From: Candidatus Latescibacterota bacterium
Lineage (GTDB): Bacteria; Latescibacterota; UBA2968; GCA-2709665
Direction of reading: 5' to 3'
Assembly (NCBI GenBank): GCA_965203805.1
Contig: OZ241917.1
Location: forward strand, 4,672,001 to 4,736,000
DNA: 64,000 nucleotides
Within the stretch, counting starts at the first letter, position 1; each line of letters begins with the position of its first letter. Below are positions 62,690-64,000 of this stretch, one piece after another. A program made the position numbers and the translations under genes. The notes beneath the pieces are model-generated. The model did not search any database, was not told where the DNA came from, and saw nothing but the letters and a program-made list of their open reading frames with translations.

Positions 62690-64000
62690 AAGGCGCCATT
62701 TCGGGCATCGTCAACACGCCGTGCGACGGAATCAGACCGAGGCGGCGAGCCAGAGCGACGATCGGTTCTACTTTGCGGATCGTTTGTACTAATGCGGCGG
62801 CGGCGGCCGATTCGCTGCTGCGAACGATGCCGTGTTCCAGGAGATATTCCCAAGTGGACTTCGGCCTCGGATAAACCCGCAGCCGGAGTTCGGCATCGGG
62901 CGGCAGTTGTGCCGCTTCACGAACAACCTGCAACGCTTTTTGATAACCACCCAGTTCGTCCACCAGCCCCAACGCCCTGGCGTCCTCGCCGGTCCAGATC
63001 CGTCCCCGGGCAATGTCGAGCACCCGTTCCTTCGTCAGAGATCGGCCCTCGGCGACCTTGTCGGTGAAATCCTCGTACACCGTGTCCAGCCACGCCTGGA
63101 ACAGCGCCCATTCTTCGTCCGAGAAGTCTTTTGTGCCGGTCCACATGGTGGAATGGGCGCTGGTGTGGACTTCATCCCACGAGATTCCGGTTTTCTCCCA
63201 CATGCCCGACGTCAGCATCTTTCCCGCGACGACGCCGATGGAGCCGGTGATCGTTCCCGGCTGCGCCACGATCCGGTCCGCGGCCATGGCAACGAAGTAT
63301 CCGCCTGAGCCCGCCAGGTCCCCCATGGATACCACGACCGGTTTGCCGGCATCACGGGCCCGCACGGTCTCACGCCAAATCGCGTCGGAGGCGACGTAAG
63401 AACCTCCGGGACTGTCGACGCGAAACAGGATCGCTTCGACCTCCTCGTCGCGAACCGCGTTTCGAAAAGCCCTGGCGACCGTATCCGATCCCATCGTGGT
63501 GGCTCCTGATGCGGGGTCGAAATCACTCTTGCCACGCGTCACGCCCCCGACGCCGTAGATTAATGCGACGGTCTCCGTCCTTTCATCCGGCCGTTCCATA
63601 CGCTTAAGATACTTGTGCAGCGTCAGATATTTCGCGCCCTCGTCCACCTGTTCTTTCACGCGCTCGTAGACCTCGTCCCGGTACGCCAATCCGTCCACCA
63701 GCCCGGCCTCGAGCGCGTCTCTGGAGAAGAACGGACCCTGATCGAACAGGTTGCGTACCGTCTCGTACGGCAGGCCGCGCTTGTCCGCGATTCCCCGCAC
63801 CAGCTGGTCGAATTGCGAGTTCATGACGGTTTTCGTCGCCTTTTTGTGTTCGGGGGTGTATTCGCGTTCCGTGTAGAGATTCTTCGCGTTCTTGTACTCT
63901 GCTCGATGGTCCAGGCGAGGGACAACGCCGAATTTTTCCAGCATTCCGCGAATGAACGGGGTCTCCGCAATTAGGCCGGTAAGCCCGACGACGCCCGAAG
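62682..64000 (-). CDS. sppA: Signal peptide peptidase SppA (protease IV), 5' end outside the window
   Basis: EYKNA, RVDSPGGS, KPVVVSMG..AGSGGY, TGSIGV, GRIWTG, GLVDELGG. Confidence 0.93.
   Translation of the reverse strand, partial: SGVVGLTGLIAETPFIRGMLEKFGVVPRLDHRAEYKNAKNLYTEREYTPEHKKATKTVMNSQFDQLVRGIADKRGLPYETVRNLFDQGPFFSRDALEAGLVDGLAYRDEVYERVKEQVDEGAKYLTLHKYLKRMERPDERTETVALIYGVGGVTRGKSDFDPASGATTMGSDTVARAFRNAVRDEEVEAILFRVDSPGGSYVASDAIWRETVRARDAGKPVVVSMGDLAGSGGYFVAMAADRIVAQPGTITGSIGVVAGKMLTSGMWEKTGISWDEVHTSAHSTMWTGTKDFSDEEWALFQAWLDTVYEDFTDKVAEGRSLTKERVLDIARGRIWTGEDARALGLVDELGGYQKALQVVREAAQLPPDAELRLRVYPRPKSTWEYLLEHGIVRSSESAAAAALVQTIRKVEPIVALARRLGLIPSHGVLTMPEMAPFK

Overview
64 kb of GC-rich bacterial chromosome with no rRNA, intact tRNA or CRISPR array. 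Housekeeping genes (monomeric icd, ilvC, glyA, pyrB, sppA, cutA, a cold-shock gene, ROK kinase) are mixed with many catabolic genes: two heparinase II/III-like proteins, Gfo/Idh/MocA, SDR, two 2-hydroxyacid dehydrogenases, PLP aminotransferases, an enolase-superfamily dehydratase, CocE/NonD, an M24 peptidase and a DUF6785-type membrane protein. Repeat/propeller proteins are also present. This content resembles Latescibacterota/Gemmatimonadota/Poribacteria-type heterotrophs (inference only). Accessory DNA includes a SLATT-like 2TM gene coupled to an unannotated Pro-rich micro-ORF, an intact IS630 in a decayed toxin-antitoxin-like locus, and a translationally coupled RHH-GNAT-XRE triad with its own operator. 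There is also a tandem pair of variable cassettes (7.9-14.9 kb) bounded by the same two diverged anchors, plus mosaic intergenic repeats. Other highlights: a leaderless pyrL-like attenuator ahead of a plant-type ATCase, a plant-type KARI, a two-state SD-sequestering leader ahead of a Cu/Zn-SOD fusion, and nested palindromes inserted in-frame in a membrane-protein gene. Family calls come from motif recognition by eye; no database search was run.
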